Source of the DNA: Bacteroidota bacterium
Lineage (GTDB): Bacteria; Bacteroidota; Bacteroidia; Chitinophagales; LD1
Direction of reading: 5' to 3'
Length of the DNA stretch: 64,000 nucleotides
Assembly (NCBI GenBank): GCA_947475165.1
Contig: CANJLD010000004.1
Span: 9,791 to 73,790 of the forward strand
Shown here: in pieces, positions 1 to 9,409 of the stretch
Layout of the letters: each line of letters begins with the position of its first letter
How positions within the stretch are numbered: the stretch's first letter is position 1
Translations under genes and position numbers: made by a program
Notes under the pieces: generated by a model
Database searches by the model: none
The model's input: only the letters and a program-made list of their open reading frames with translations
What the model was told of the DNA's origin: nothing

Positions 1-1856
1 GCTGTGGAGTTCGGGTGCAATTGCACTTTCACAATTTCACTTTCCGAATTCTGATTGGCGGTAAAGTAAAGAACCTTGCTTCCTGCAGATTCCTGTGTTA
101 AGTCATATTCCTTATCGCGGGTAACACCGGTTACGTTAAAGCGTTTTACAAAGGCGCGCTTGCTGCCCCCATCGTAATACGCCATGTTGTAGGCCGTGCG
201 TTCATCGTTCTTCTTCCACACACCTATGTGTAGAATGTCTTTCCCGATAAACTTCTTATCGCCAATACGGCTCACCATCATTTTGCCGCCTCGTGTAAAG
301 GCAATAATATCATCAAGGTCGCTGCACTCGCAAACAAATTCATCTTTGCGCAGACCGGTTCCGAAAAATCCTTCTTCGCTGTTTACATACAAGCGTGCGT
401 TGGTCGCTGCCACTTGTTTGATTTCTATTTCCTCAAAACCTTTTATCTCTGTTCTGCGCTCTCTGCCTTTACCGTATTTCTTCAGCAGGTTTTGGAAGTA
501 TGCAATCGCGTATTCTGTAAGATGTTTTAAATCATGCGCTACCGTTTTGAGTTCATTCTCGATAGATTTAATTTCTTCATCTGCTTTAAATCCATCAAAC
601 TTCGAAATGCGTTTGATTTTAATTTCCGTGAGTTTCGTAATGTCTTCAGTTGTTATTTCTCTCTTGAATAACTTCTTGTAAGGCTTCAACCCTTTGTCAA
701 TTCTTTCAATTACCGCCTCCCAGGTGGTAGCTTCTTCAATATCGCGGTAAATTCTCTTCTCTATAAATATTTTCTCAAGCGAAGAGAAATGCCATTTCTC
801 ATTTAACTCAGCCAAACGTATTTCCAATTCCTTCTTCAGCAAATCTTTAGTGCGAACTGTTGAGAGTTCAAGAATTTCATTTACCGAAAGGAACATCGGC
901 CTATCATTCACAATCACGCAGGCGTTGGTAGAAATTGAATTCTGACAATCGGTGAAAGCATAAAGCGCATCAATAGTTACATCAGGGTCGCTGCCCGGTG
1001 CAAGGTCAATCTGTATCTCTACATCCTTGGCGGTGTTATCTACCACCTTCTTGATTTTTATTTTGCCCTTATCGTTTGCCTTCAGAATGCTATCAATCAG
1101 GCTTCCGGTGGTAGTGCCGAAAGGAATTTCGCGGATGGCAAGCGTCTTCTTGTCAACTACTTCAATCTTGGCACGAACTTTTACTTTTCCTCCGCGCTCG
1201 CCTTTGTTGTATTCGCTTACATCTACAAAGCCACCGGTGAGGAAATCAGGTAGTAAGCGGAAACGCTTTCCTTCTAGGTGATTGATACTTGCTTCACATA
1301 ACTCAATAAAGTTGTGCGGAAGAATTTTTGTAGAAAGACCAACTGCAATTCCATCTGCTCCTTGTGAAAGAAGCAAAGGAAATTTCATCGGCAGGTTTAC
1401 CGGTTCTTTCTTTCTGCCGTCATAACTCAACTGCCATTCGGTAGTCTGGTCGTTGAAGGCAACTTCTTTGGCGAACTTCGAAAGACGGACTTCAATATAT
1501 CTTGGAGCAGCAGCAGAGTCACCGGTGCGCACATCGCCCCAGTTACCTTGTGTATCGAACAGCAATTCTTTCTGACCCATGTTCACCAAAGCATCACCAA
1601 TACTTGCATCACCGTGTGGGTGATACTGCATACTCTGACCGATTACGTTCGCTACTTTGTTGAAGCGTCCGTCATCCATTTCGTTGAGTGCGTGTAAAAT
1701 TCTCCGCTGCACCGGTTTCAAGCCATCTTCAATGGCGGGAACGGCACGCTCAAGAATTACATAGCTGGCATAATCCAGAAACCAGTTCTGAAACATACCA
1801 TCCACATGCAATGCACCAGTTGCTTTTTCGTCTTTGTTTTCTTCTTTCTCTTTCAT
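1..1856 (-). CDS. parC: DNA topoisomerase IV subunit A (GyrA/ParC family), C-terminal part lies beyond the window edge
   Basis: Absent from the ORF track because there is no stop in the window. Manual minus-strand translation from the ATG at 1856 gives MKEKEENKDEKATGALHVDGMFQNWFLDYASYVILERAVPAIEDGLKPVQRRILHALNEMDDGRFNKVANVIGQSMQYHPHGDASIGDALV..., a type IIA topoisomerase A-subunit N-terminus. It starts 15 nt after the stop of the B-subunit gene. Confidence 0.85.
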   Translation of the reverse strand, partial: MKEKEENKDEKATGALHVDGMFQNWFLDYASYVILERAVPAIEDGLKPVQRRILHALNEMDDGRFNKVANVIGQSMQYHPHGDASIGDALVNMGQKELLFDTQGNWGDVRTGDSAAAPRYIEVRLSKFAKEVAFNDQTTEWQLSYDGRKKEPVNLPMKFPLLLSQGADGIAVGLSTKILPHNFIELCEASINHLEGKRFRLLPDFLTGGFVDVSEYNKGERGGKVKVRAKIEVVDKKTLAIREIPFGTTTGSLIDSILKANDKGKIKIKKVVDNTAKDVEIQIDLAPGSDPDVTIDALYAFTDCQNSISTNACVIVNDRPMFLSVNEILELSTVRTKDLLKKELEIRLAELNEKWHFSSLEKIFIEKRIYRDIEEATTWEAVIERIDKGLKPYKKLFKREITTEDITKLTEIKIKRISKFDGFKADEEIKSIENELKTVAHDLKHLTEYAIAYFQNLLKKYGKGRERRTEIKGFEEIEIKQVAATNARLYVNSEEGFFGTGLRKDEFVCECSDLDDIIAFTRGGKMMVSRIGDKKFIGKDILHIGVWKKNDERTAYNMAYYDGGSKRAFVKRFNVTGVTRDKEYDLTQESAGSKVLYFTANQNSESEIVKVQLHPNST

Positions 1857-1871
1857 TTTCTGATTCTTCTT

Positions 1872-3761
1872 TTATGCAGTTGCTTCTTCCTCCACTAAAG
1901 CAACACCTTCCACTTCATCTTTTTCATATCTCAAATTCTTGATAATAAACTTCTGTCTGTCCTCCGTGTTTTTGCCCATGTAGTAGGAGAGGACATCTTC
2001 AATTTTTATTTTGTCTTCTGTAATTACCGGACTCACCCGCATCTCTTCTCCTATAAAACCTTCAAACTCTTCGGGCGATATTTCTCCCAAACCTTTAAAG
2101 CGCGTTATCTCGGGGTTTCCTTTCAGTTCTTTAATTGCGGTTTGTTTTTCCTGTTCGTTATAGCAGTAGAACGTTTTGGTTTTGTTGCGCACACGAAAGA
2201 GCGGAGTCTCCAGAATTTTTACGTGACCGTTGCGCACCATATCCGGAAAGAACTGCAGGAAGAAAGTAAGCAACAGTAAGCGAATGTGCATACCATCCAC
2301 ATCGGCATCGGTAGCTACAATGATGTTGTTGTAGCGCAAATTGTCAATGCTGTCTTCGATGTTGAGTGCGTGCTGCAATAGATTGAACTCTTCGTTTTCA
2401 TACACCACCTTCTTCGTCATCCCATAACAGTTCAACGGCTTACCGCGCAAGCTGAACACCGCCTGCAAATCAGGATTGCGGCTCTTGGTAATTGAACCAC
2501 TCGCAGAATCTCCCTCGGTGATAAACAAAGTGGTGAGCAACCGGTCGGCTGCTTTTTCATCGTTAAAGTGAACGCGGCAATCGCGCAGTTTCTTGTTGTG
2601 GATGTTCGCTTTTTTGGCGCGCTCGTTTGCCAGTTTCTTGATGCCTGCAATTTCTTTCCGCTCTCTTTCGCTTTGCAAAATGCGCTTGAGCAATGCTTCT
2701 GCTGTTTGCGGATTCTTGTGCAGGTAATTATCTAAGTTCTCTTTTACAAACTCCAGCAAAAACTGCTTCATGGTTTTTTCTTCGCCATGCAGTTTATCGG
2801 TTCCCAGTTTTGTTTTGGTCTGAGATTCAAAAACCGGTTCTTGAATACGTATGGATACCGCGCCTACAATTGCTTCGCGCACATCAACCGCATCAAAATC
2901 TTTCTTGTAAAAATCGCGCACGGTTTTTACAATGGCTTCGCGGAAGGCGAGCAGGTGCGTTCCGCCCTGCACGGTGTATTGTCCGTTTACAAACGAATAA
3001 AACTCTTCACCATATTGATGGTTGTGTGTGAGTGCAATTTCAATGTCTTCGCTTACTAAGTGAATGATTGGGTAAATCAAATCGGCATTCTCTTTCTTCT
3101 TCGCCAGCAAATCGTACAAGCCGCGCTGCGAAATATATTTGTTGCCGTTGTAGTAAAACGTTAAACCGGTGTTCAGGTAGGCGTAGTTCTGAATCATCTG
3201 CTCTACATACTCGTGCAGGTAGTGATAGTTCTTGAAAATCTTATTGTCCGGCAAAAACTCAACGTAAGTTCCGTTTGGCTCATCGGTTTTTTCCAGCTTG
3301 TGGTCTTTAGTCAGCTTGCCCGCTTCAAACTCGGCAATCTTCTTTTGCCCTTCGCGCACCGCGTATGCTTTAAAGTAAACGGAGAGCGCGTTTACCGCCT
3401 TGGTTCCCACACCGTTCAAACCCACCGATTTCTTAAACGCTTTGGAATCATATTTGGCACCAGTGTTAATCTGGCTAACACAATCCACCAGTTTGCCCAA
3501 AGGAATCCCTCGACCATAATCGCGCACTGCCACTTTCTCTTTGGTCACCGTCAGGTCTACTTTTTTGCCGTAGCCCATTTGGTATTCATCTACACAGTTA
3601 TCGAGGGTTTCTTTGAGCAGGATATAAATACCATCATCCATACTGCTGCCATCGCCCGTTTTGCCAATATACATACCGGGGCGTATGCGGATGTGCTCCA
3701 GCCAGTCGAGGGTCTTAACTTCGTCTTCGGTATATCTTGCTTCTACTATTTCTTTTGCCAT
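1872..3761 (-). CDS. parE: DNA topoisomerase IV subunit B (type IIA topoisomerase B subunit, GyrB/ParE family)
   Basis: 629-aa ORF with GHKL ATPase motifs ([26 protein letters not shown]), a Toprim motif ([11 protein letters not shown]) and SLRGKPLN. It sits directly upstream of the A-subunit gene, the parE-parC arrangement. Confidence 0.85.
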   Translation of the reverse strand: MAKEIVEARYTEDEVKTLDWLEHIRIRPGMYIGKTGDGSSMDDGIYILLKETLDNCVDEYQMGYGKKVDLTVTKEKVAVRDYGRGIPLGKLVDCVSQINTGAKYDSKAFKKSVGLNGVGTKAVNALSVYFKAYAVREGQKKIAEFEAGKLTKDHKLEKTDEPNGTYVEFLPDNKIFKNYHYLHEYVEQMIQNYAYLNTGLTFYYNGNKYISQRGLYDLLAKKKENADLIYPIIHLVSEDIEIALTHNHQYGEEFYSFVNGQYTVQGGTHLLAFREAIVKTVRDFYKKDFDAVDVREAIVGAVSIRIQEPVFESQTKTKLGTDKLHGEEKTMKQFLLEFVKENLDNYLHKNPQTAEALLKRILQSERERKEIAGIKKLANERAKKANIHNKKLRDCRVHFNDEKAADRLLTTLFITEGDSASGSITKSRNPDLQAVFSLRGKPLNCYGMTKKVVYENEEFNLLQHALNIEDSIDNLRYNNIIVATDADVDGMHIRLLLLTFFLQFFPDMVRNGHVKILETPLFRVRNKTKTFYCYNEQEKQTAIKELKGNPEITRFKGLGEISPEEFEGFIGEEMRVSPVITEDKIKIEDVLSYYMGKNTEDRQKFIIKNLRYEKDEVEGVALVEEEATA

Positions 3762-4058
3762 GCTGCAATAATGTTAGGGTTAAGCGCAATGTATCTGCGC
3801 TTCAAAAAATCTGCGTGAAATTAGCGAGGCGCGAATGTAGAAATGCGATAGAAATGAACAAGTGAACGGTGTTGATAAAAAAGAGGACAATCAAAATATG
3901 TCATAGTGAGCATATGCCGCCCTAAGCACAGCCGAAGGCTGCTAGAAGAGAACTATGGGGTTCCCGCTCAAAGCAGCGGACGCGCTATACACTCCAATCT
4001 TTTTTGCTGCCTTTAAAATGCCCCTCCTTATTTTCAAGGAGAGGTGCCCGTCTCGGTC

Positions 4059-4088
4059 AAAGCCCCTCATTTCTGAGGGGCTTTTTTT
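4059..4088. terminator. GC-rich hairpin terminator (aaagcccctca-tttc-tgaggggcttt plus T-run)
   Basis: 11-bp perfect stem with a 4-nt loop. It lies 26 nt downstream of the minus-strand serine hydrolase stop, but the T-run (4082-4088) is on the plus strand and the A-run is on the minus-strand side. Orientation is therefore ambiguous. Confidence 0.6.
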
Positions 4089-4113
4089 CGTTCCATTACA
4101 ATATCGTCCGGCT

Positions 4114-5253
4114 TTATTTCTGTTTCACCATCCCCAAAACCTCCTTCACCAACACCCGGCTGTATTCGGAAAGCTTTTCCTTGTCAACCAAATCAGTATT
4201 ACCAAGGCGCACTATCACCAAATTGTATTCAGGCACCGTAATAATATACTGCCCGCAAAAACCCCATTGGAAAAACGCCTTAGTGCCCTGCGTATTATCA
4301 AGCCAAAAAGAATAACCGTAATTAGGCGACAGCGCAGGCGCAGTAGCCATTTGCACAAACGCAGTATCAAGCACCTGCGTGCCGTTCCAGTTGCCCTGGT
4401 GCAGCATCATTTTACCAAAATGCGCAAAATCGCGCGCGTTCGTATTAAAACAGCAATACGCCATTTCAGTTCCTTTTTCATCCGTATGCCATTTGGCATC
4501 GTGCGTGGTTTGCAAAGGTTTCCAAAGCCACTCGCTAGCAAGCTGGGAGAGTGACTTACCGGTGGCCTGTATTAAACAAAGCCCGAGCAATTGAGTAGAG
4601 CCGCTCTGGTAATTGAAAGCCTTACCGGGCTCATCACTAATAGGCAGCGTAAACATCAACTCTCGTATATCATCGCTGTAATAAGCCTTAGCCGTAACCG
4701 ACCACGGGTTTTTATAACTCTCATCCCAATCAAGCCCCGAGCTCATAGTGCTCAGGTGCCACAACTCCAATTCCTCAGCGTGCTTACCTTTTACCTGCGG
4801 CAGAATACTGTTTACCTTCTGATGCCAACCGGTCAGAATTTTTTTCTGAATAGCAATTTGCGCCAGCATAGTAGTAATACTCTTCGCCATCGAAAACGAA
4901 TTAGTCTGCGCGGTTTCATCCCCGCGCTCAGCATAGTGTTCGTGAACTATACTATCGTTTTGAATAACGAGGAAAGCAACGGTGCCCGTTTCGTCTAAAG
5001 TCTTTTTCAGCTTTTCGGGCAAGGCTTGTTTGTTGTAATCAATACTGTTTGCCCAGTCCCATTTTTCCTTCCCGGCCTCAATATTGGTTGTCTTAAAATA
5101 TTTGGCATCGGTAATAGTTGCAGAACTTTCACCGTGCAGGTAAGTAGTCCAAAGCCCTTTAAGAAGGTATTGGTCGCCTCTGATAATTGTAACGCCAATT
5201 AGTAATGCAATAACAATTGCAATACCGGTGATGATTTTGAAGAATGTTTTCAT
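4114..5253 (-). CDS. serine hydrolase, beta-lactamase (class C / PBP4*-like) family, N-terminal membrane anchor
   Basis: 379 aa with an N-terminal hydrophobic helix, an S-x-x-K motif (FSMAKSITT) and a later YQSGS (Y-x-S/N) motif. Confidence 0.7.
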   Translation of the reverse strand: MKTFFKIITGIAIVIALLIGVTIIRGDQYLLKGLWTTYLHGESSATITDAKYFKTTNIEAGKEKWDWANSIDYNKQALPEKLKKTLDETGTVAFLVIQNDSIVHEHYAERGDETAQTNSFSMAKSITTMLAQIAIQKKILTGWHQKVNSILPQVKGKHAEELELWHLSTMSSGLDWDESYKNPWSVTAKAYYSDDIRELMFTLPISDEPGKAFNYQSGSTQLLGLCLIQATGKSLSQLASEWLWKPLQTTHDAKWHTDEKGTEMAYCCFNTNARDFAHFGKMMLHQGNWNGTQVLDTAFVQMATAPALSPNYGYSFWLDNTQGTKAFFQWGFCGQYIITVPEYNLVIVRLGNTDLVDKEKLSEYSRVLVKEVLGMVKQK

Positions 5254-5329
5254 GTAGTGGATTATGATGATGACGAATGTAATTGAAAACTTAAATCATC
5301 AAATCAAATCCTGCAATAAATGGCTGTGC

Positions 5330-5476
5330 TTACTTTCTTGCGTGGTAATATGTCACTGCCGCAATGCCAATCCAAATCAATCCTTTAATAAGGAAGAATA
5401 GAAAGCCCGCTGCCCCTATCCGCTTGAGCCAGAGTTTTACTTTGCTTTCTTCAGCAGGTTTTTCTTCTTCGTTCAT
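5330..5476 (-). CDS. small single-pass membrane protein (48 aa), unknown family
   Basis: The track ORF 5330..5551 is trimmed to the internal Met giving MNEEEKPAEESKVKLWLKRIGAAGFLFFLIKGLIWIGIAAVTYYHARK. This start aligns with the paralogue at 61545..61685 (MNETENRETKAKFWLKRIGVLGFLFFLIKGLLWVGVAVFAGKALFD). Confidence 0.6.
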   Translation of the reverse strand: MNEEEKPAEESKVKLWLKRIGAAGFLFFLIKGLIWIGIAAVTYYHARK

Positions 5477-5516
5477 GTTGCTTGAAATAATTCGTGCTAT
5501 TCGTGGCTTCTCTATC

Positions 5517-5660
5517 TTATCTCTTCGGGCAACGTTTGCATTGCTTCCCATCTTTATAATTCTTGCAACACTTATCCTTTTTAGTGCAGCATAATTTAGG
5601 AACGAAGGATTTTAATACTTCGGTAAATTCTTTCAACTCATTGTTTAGCTTCTGTTCCAT
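5517..5660 (-). CDS. candidate 47-aa Cys-rich small protein (below the ORF-track size cut-off)
   Basis: Manual translation gives MEQKLNNELKEFTEVLKSFVPKLCCTKKDKCCKNYKDGKQCKRCPKR*. The ATG lies 12 nt after the TonB-receptor stop codon and the ORF ends 40 nt before the small membrane protein gene, on the same strand. Confidence 0.4.
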   Translation of the reverse strand: MEQKLNNELKEFTEVLKSFVPKLCCTKKDKCCKNYKDGKQCKRCPKR

Positions 5661-5672
5661 ATCATCTATTGT

Positions 5673-8114
5673 TTAGAAAGTGTTCCAGTTTGTTTCTTTA
5701 ACCTGTTCATTCAGTTTAATGCCAAGCGTAAAATAAAACGTAAGCGGCTCGCTCGGAATAATGCCGGGACCGGGATAACTCACCGCTCTGCGCGTGTAAT
5801 AAATATTATTGGTAAAGTTGTTTACCCCCGCCTGAAACTGCAAGCACTTGATAGAATACTTCGCGCTCCAATCCATTACATAATAAGCCGGAATCAATCC
5901 GTTCACTGCAGTAGGTGTAAACTTTGCATTAGTAGCATCGGTAAACTGCTCACCGGTGAAAGAGGCGTTGATGGTAGTAGAAAATTTTTTATACCGGTAA
6001 GTAATTCCTCCGCGGAAAGTAATTTGCGGAGCGAACTCTAAAAATTTTCCTTCCACATTATTGTAGTTCGATTTCACATACACAGCGTTGGTATAGCCAA
6101 CTGATGTGAACAGCACAAAATTTCCTGCCTTCTTAGAAATTTTAGCTGCGTTGAAAATGTCGGCTTCCAGATAAACTTCTGCTCCTAAACTGCGGGTTGT
6201 TCCCACATTGGTGGTGTAGCGATAAATATTGTATGCACTATCCACCACCTGAATCTGCCCGATGCGGTTGTTGTATTGTAGCCAGAAACCACTCACATCA
6301 AAATTGAACCAGGTATTTATATCTCCGCGATAACCTATGTCGAGATTGTATCCGGTTTCATCCTTTAGATTCGGGTCAACTAATTGGCTGATACGAATTA
6401 CACGCATATCTGTGAAGGTAATGCCGCGATAGTTTTGGGAGAAGTTAGCGTAGAGTTCGGTGTTTTCCCAAAAGTGGTAACTGATACCCAAACCGAGCAA
6501 CACAAAATTTCTTTTGAAAGAACGTTCTTCATTTCGCAAAACACTATCCACTACTTCGTTTACTGTTTGGCGGTAATTGCCATCTGCCTTAGTGCTGATA
6601 TGTTCGAAGCGAATGCCCGGAATAATTTTCACTTTGTTCGAAATATTGAAAACGTTTTCGGCAAACAGCGCAATGTTCATTCCGGGAAAAGTATAGTCGG
6701 AGCTTTTCAAACTGTCATTGACAAAACTGAAATCCGCATCGTAACCGTTATCGCCAAAGCCCTGCGTTTTTTTTGTTTCGCCTTTATAAAAACGTCCGCC
6801 AACCAATAAAGACGAAAGACTTTTTTTGATGTAATACTTCCAAACGTATCGGGCCTCTGCACCAACATTACGGTAAGTATCTTTTATCAAATCTCTGTTT
6901 TTCGAAACATCATCGGTGCGGTTAGCCGGCCCTAAATAACCAACTGCGTTTCGCGAACCAAGAAACCCCCACACACGCACATTCACCTGATGAAATGCAT
7001 TGTGCTTGTAGTTCATGCTCAACGCAAGAATGTTCCAGTTGGTAGAAAACCAATTGCGGTTGCGCAACGATTTTTGGGCATTATTCGCAAACTGCACATC
7101 GGTCAATCCGCCAGATTGCTGTGTTATGTATTTCGAGAAAGTATATTCTGCATTTATAGCTAATCGCTCGCTGCATTGATAGCCTATGCTCGCAAAAGCA
7201 TTGTGCAATTTGTATCCGGCATTCGGTCGCCAGCTTTCGCCCTGCTTGTAATTGTAGTACCCGTAGTATTGAAAACATTTTACGGTTCCGCCAATGCTAT
7301 TGAATGTGCTGACTAATTTATAAGCACCGGCTGTGGTGTAGCTCGTCCATTCAATCTTTTTATCCGTTTGTGCCCGCTGCAAAACGTAATTAAGCATGCC
7401 GCCAAACTGCGGACCATATTGCAGCGATGCCGCCCCACGTACTACTTCAATCCGGTCAATAGCTTCGGCAGGTGGCACATAATAACTTTCGGGATAGCCG
7501 AGAGCATCTGCACTCATATCATAACCGTTTTGTCGCGTGTTGAAATTAGAAGTGCGGTTAGGGTCTAAGCCTCGTGTAGCAACACCCAATTGCAAACCGG
7601 CTGCATCGCTTTCCCAAATATTAATGCCCGGAACTTTCGAAAAAATCTGTCGCGATGAATTGGTAGCGAGAGAAACATTCATGTCCTTCATCACAATCAC
7701 TTCATTTTTCTTTCCGTCATAAATGGCTGTGCCTTCAACAGCTTTCAATCGCGTAACCCCGAAACTGCCTTGATTGCCTTGAATTGTAACTGTTGAGAGT
7801 TCGTTGATAAACGGCTTGAGCAGGATAGTTTCTAACTGAAGATGAGAATCGGTAACGATTGCATCCACGCTTTTTTTCTCGAACAATAAATTGCGAAAAG
7901 AGACTTTGTATTTCCCGGGATAGAGATTGTTGAAAGCAAAGTTGCCGAGTGAATCTGTAAATGTTTTGGTTCCGGTTTTTTCCAGAACAACGGTAACGCC
8001 TACAACCGGTTCACCGGTGGCTTCGTTTTTTACAGTGCCGCTGATGGTGTAATATTTTGCGTGCAACAAGCCAACCACAAAAAATAATAAGATAGAGAAC
8101 ATGTATTTCTTCAT
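5673..8114 (-). CDS. TonB-dependent receptor with N-terminal CarboxypepD_reg domain
   Basis: Signal peptide MKKYMFSILLFFVVGLLHA, a carboxypeptidase-regulatory-like fold (YTISGTVKNEATGEPVVGVTVV), plug and barrel, and a C-terminal aromatic residue (..NWNTF). The start at 8114 overlaps the upstream stop by 1 nt (TAATG). Confidence 0.85.
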   Translation of the reverse strand: MKKYMFSILLFFVVGLLHAKYYTISGTVKNEATGEPVVGVTVVLEKTGTKTFTDSLGNFAFNNLYPGKYKVSFRNLLFEKKSVDAIVTDSHLQLETILLKPFINELSTVTIQGNQGSFGVTRLKAVEGTAIYDGKKNEVIVMKDMNVSLATNSSRQIFSKVPGINIWESDAAGLQLGVATRGLDPNRTSNFNTRQNGYDMSADALGYPESYYVPPAEAIDRIEVVRGAASLQYGPQFGGMLNYVLQRAQTDKKIEWTSYTTAGAYKLVSTFNSIGGTVKCFQYYGYYNYKQGESWRPNAGYKLHNAFASIGYQCSERLAINAEYTFSKYITQQSGGLTDVQFANNAQKSLRNRNWFSTNWNILALSMNYKHNAFHQVNVRVWGFLGSRNAVGYLGPANRTDDVSKNRDLIKDTYRNVGAEARYVWKYYIKKSLSSLLVGGRFYKGETKKTQGFGDNGYDADFSFVNDSLKSSDYTFPGMNIALFAENVFNISNKVKIIPGIRFEHISTKADGNYRQTVNEVVDSVLRNEERSFKRNFVLLGLGISYHFWENTELYANFSQNYRGITFTDMRVIRISQLVDPNLKDETGYNLDIGYRGDINTWFNFDVSGFWLQYNNRIGQIQVVDSAYNIYRYTTNVGTTRSLGAEVYLEADIFNAAKISKKAGNFVLFTSVGYTNAVYVKSNYNNVEGKFLEFAPQITFRGGITYRYKKFSTTINASFTGEQFTDATNAKFTPTAVNGLIPAYYVMDWSAKYSIKCLQFQAGVNNFTNNIYYTRRAVSYPGPGIIPSEPLTFYFTLGIKLNEQVKETNWNTF

Positions 8115-9409
8115 TACCGCTCTGCCTGCGCCAGAATCCATTTTTTGTCAGAGAAATCATCCTTCACGTTTGCCAGATTTATTTTCGGATCGAAGAAAAG
8201 ATTGCTGCCCTTTCCATTTACTGTTACATACGCTTCCGCATAAACTTCATCGGTTTGGAAATTATTTTTCAGGAACTGCGCAAACTGCAAAATCATATCG
8301 GGCTGCGTGCTCATTTGCTTTTCCTGTTGGTCTGTCAAAAAATCATGATTGTTGATTTCATGCAATTTTCCATTCTTATCTTTTACGTGGAAGAAAACCA
8401 ATCCTGCTTTTTCCATCAGCATTACCCGCCAGCTAAACCGGTAGCCCTGCTCGGTGTAGAAAAGCCTGTTGTGATAAAGGGCGTAGCGAAACGGTAAAGT
8501 GAATTGAATAATAAAGTGAATTGCTAAGACCGAGACTAGAAGATATTGGAAAGTTGAAATTGAAGGAGATTGCGGATTGCGGATTTGCGATTGCGGATTG
8601 AATTTAAATGCTCTCAGTATTCGTTCATGAAATTGAGCAGGAAGAAATATTGTGGCACAAACAATCATGATAAACGGAAACATTCCAATGCCGGGGAACA
8701 GAGTCGCTGTTAACACATGAAAGATTACCACGACTCCATACGCATACCAAACCGTTCTCCGATTGAAAAGAAAGAATGCAATACTTATATCAAACAACAT
8801 TCCACACCAACTGAAAAGGTAAGCAACTATGGTTTCATCCAAAAGGAAGCCGAAAGGAGTATCAGTTCTTGTTGGTAGCCAGATTTTAAGCGGCATTGCA
8901 TTCAACAGCCAGTCAGCATTTACTTTAGCTATGCCTGCAAAAAAGTAAACGATTGCCATTTGTAATTGCAGCGTGAGAATTGCCCAGCGCGGTACTGTTT
9001 TCTTAGTAGCAGGCAATAAACACATCAGCAAACTGATGATGCTGATAAAATAATAGTGATTGAGATAATTGGTTTTGTCGAGCAACTCTACATAAGTAAA
9101 GAGCAGAAAAAAAATTAGCGCACTAAAACGATAAAGGAAACCTGCGGCAAGGAAAAGCGCGGCAAGCATCATTAAGCCAAACACGATGTACATGCCCGTT
9201 GCGTTCAATGGCTTTATCCATTCAAATCCATAATAAGTGAAAAAGAATTTCGGTTGAACATAAAGCGAATCAATCCATCCGTTGGCAGCAAAACGCACGA
9301 GCGATAGAAACATCATTACACCAAAAGCAATTCTGAAAACAATCAGCGGAGCGGATGATGTTTCTTTAAACAGAAAGGATTTTAGTTTTTTAATCTCCAT
9401 CGTTATCAC
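8114..9409 (-). CDS. HTTM domain-containing polytopic membrane protein (vitamin K-dependent gamma-carboxylase-like N-terminal domain family)
   Basis: 431 aa. The N-terminus APLIVFRIAFGVMMFLSLVRFAANGWIDSLYVQPKFFFTYYGFEWIKPL matches the HTTM signature as I remember it, and there are many TM helices. Operon context with imelysin. Confidence 0.65.
   Translation of the reverse strand: MITMEIKKLKSFLFKETSSAPLIVFRIAFGVMMFLSLVRFAANGWIDSLYVQPKFFFTYYGFEWIKPLNATGMYIVFGLMMLAALFLAAGFLYRFSALIFFLLFTYVELLDKTNYLNHYYFISIISLLMCLLPATKKTVPRWAILTLQLQMAIVYFFAGIAKVNADWLLNAMPLKIWLPTRTDTPFGFLLDETIVAYLFSWCGMLFDISIAFFLFNRRTVWYAYGVVVIFHVLTATLFPGIGMFPFIMIVCATIFLPAQFHERILRAFKFNPQSQIRNPQSPSISTFQYLLVSVLAIHFIIQFTLPFRYALYHNRLFYTEQGYRFSWRVMLMEKAGLVFFHVKDKNGKLHEINNHDFLTDQQEKQMSTQPDMILQFAQFLKNNFQTDEVYAEAYVTVNGKGSNLFFDPKINLANVKDDFSDKKWILAQAER
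8568..8602. repeat. five tandem heptamers GATTGNN inside the HTTM coding region
   Basis: gattgcg gattgcg gatttgc gattgcg gattgaa. These encode ..NPQSQIRNPQS.. on the minus strand. Confidence 0.6.

Noticed and set aside
196-1942. Plus-strand track ORFs 196..681, 1027..1281 and 1688..1942
   Set aside because: They are antisense shadows of the parC coding region, which translates cleanly on the minus strand.
2432-3818. Track ORFs 2432..2650(-), 2693..3031, 2787..3059 and 3213..3818
   Set aside because: They overlap parE out of frame or antisense and have no motifs.
3955-4998. Plus-strand ORFs 3955..4554, 4004..4315, 4379..4594 and 4591..4998
   Set aside because: They are antisense to the serine hydrolase gene, which carries the family motifs.
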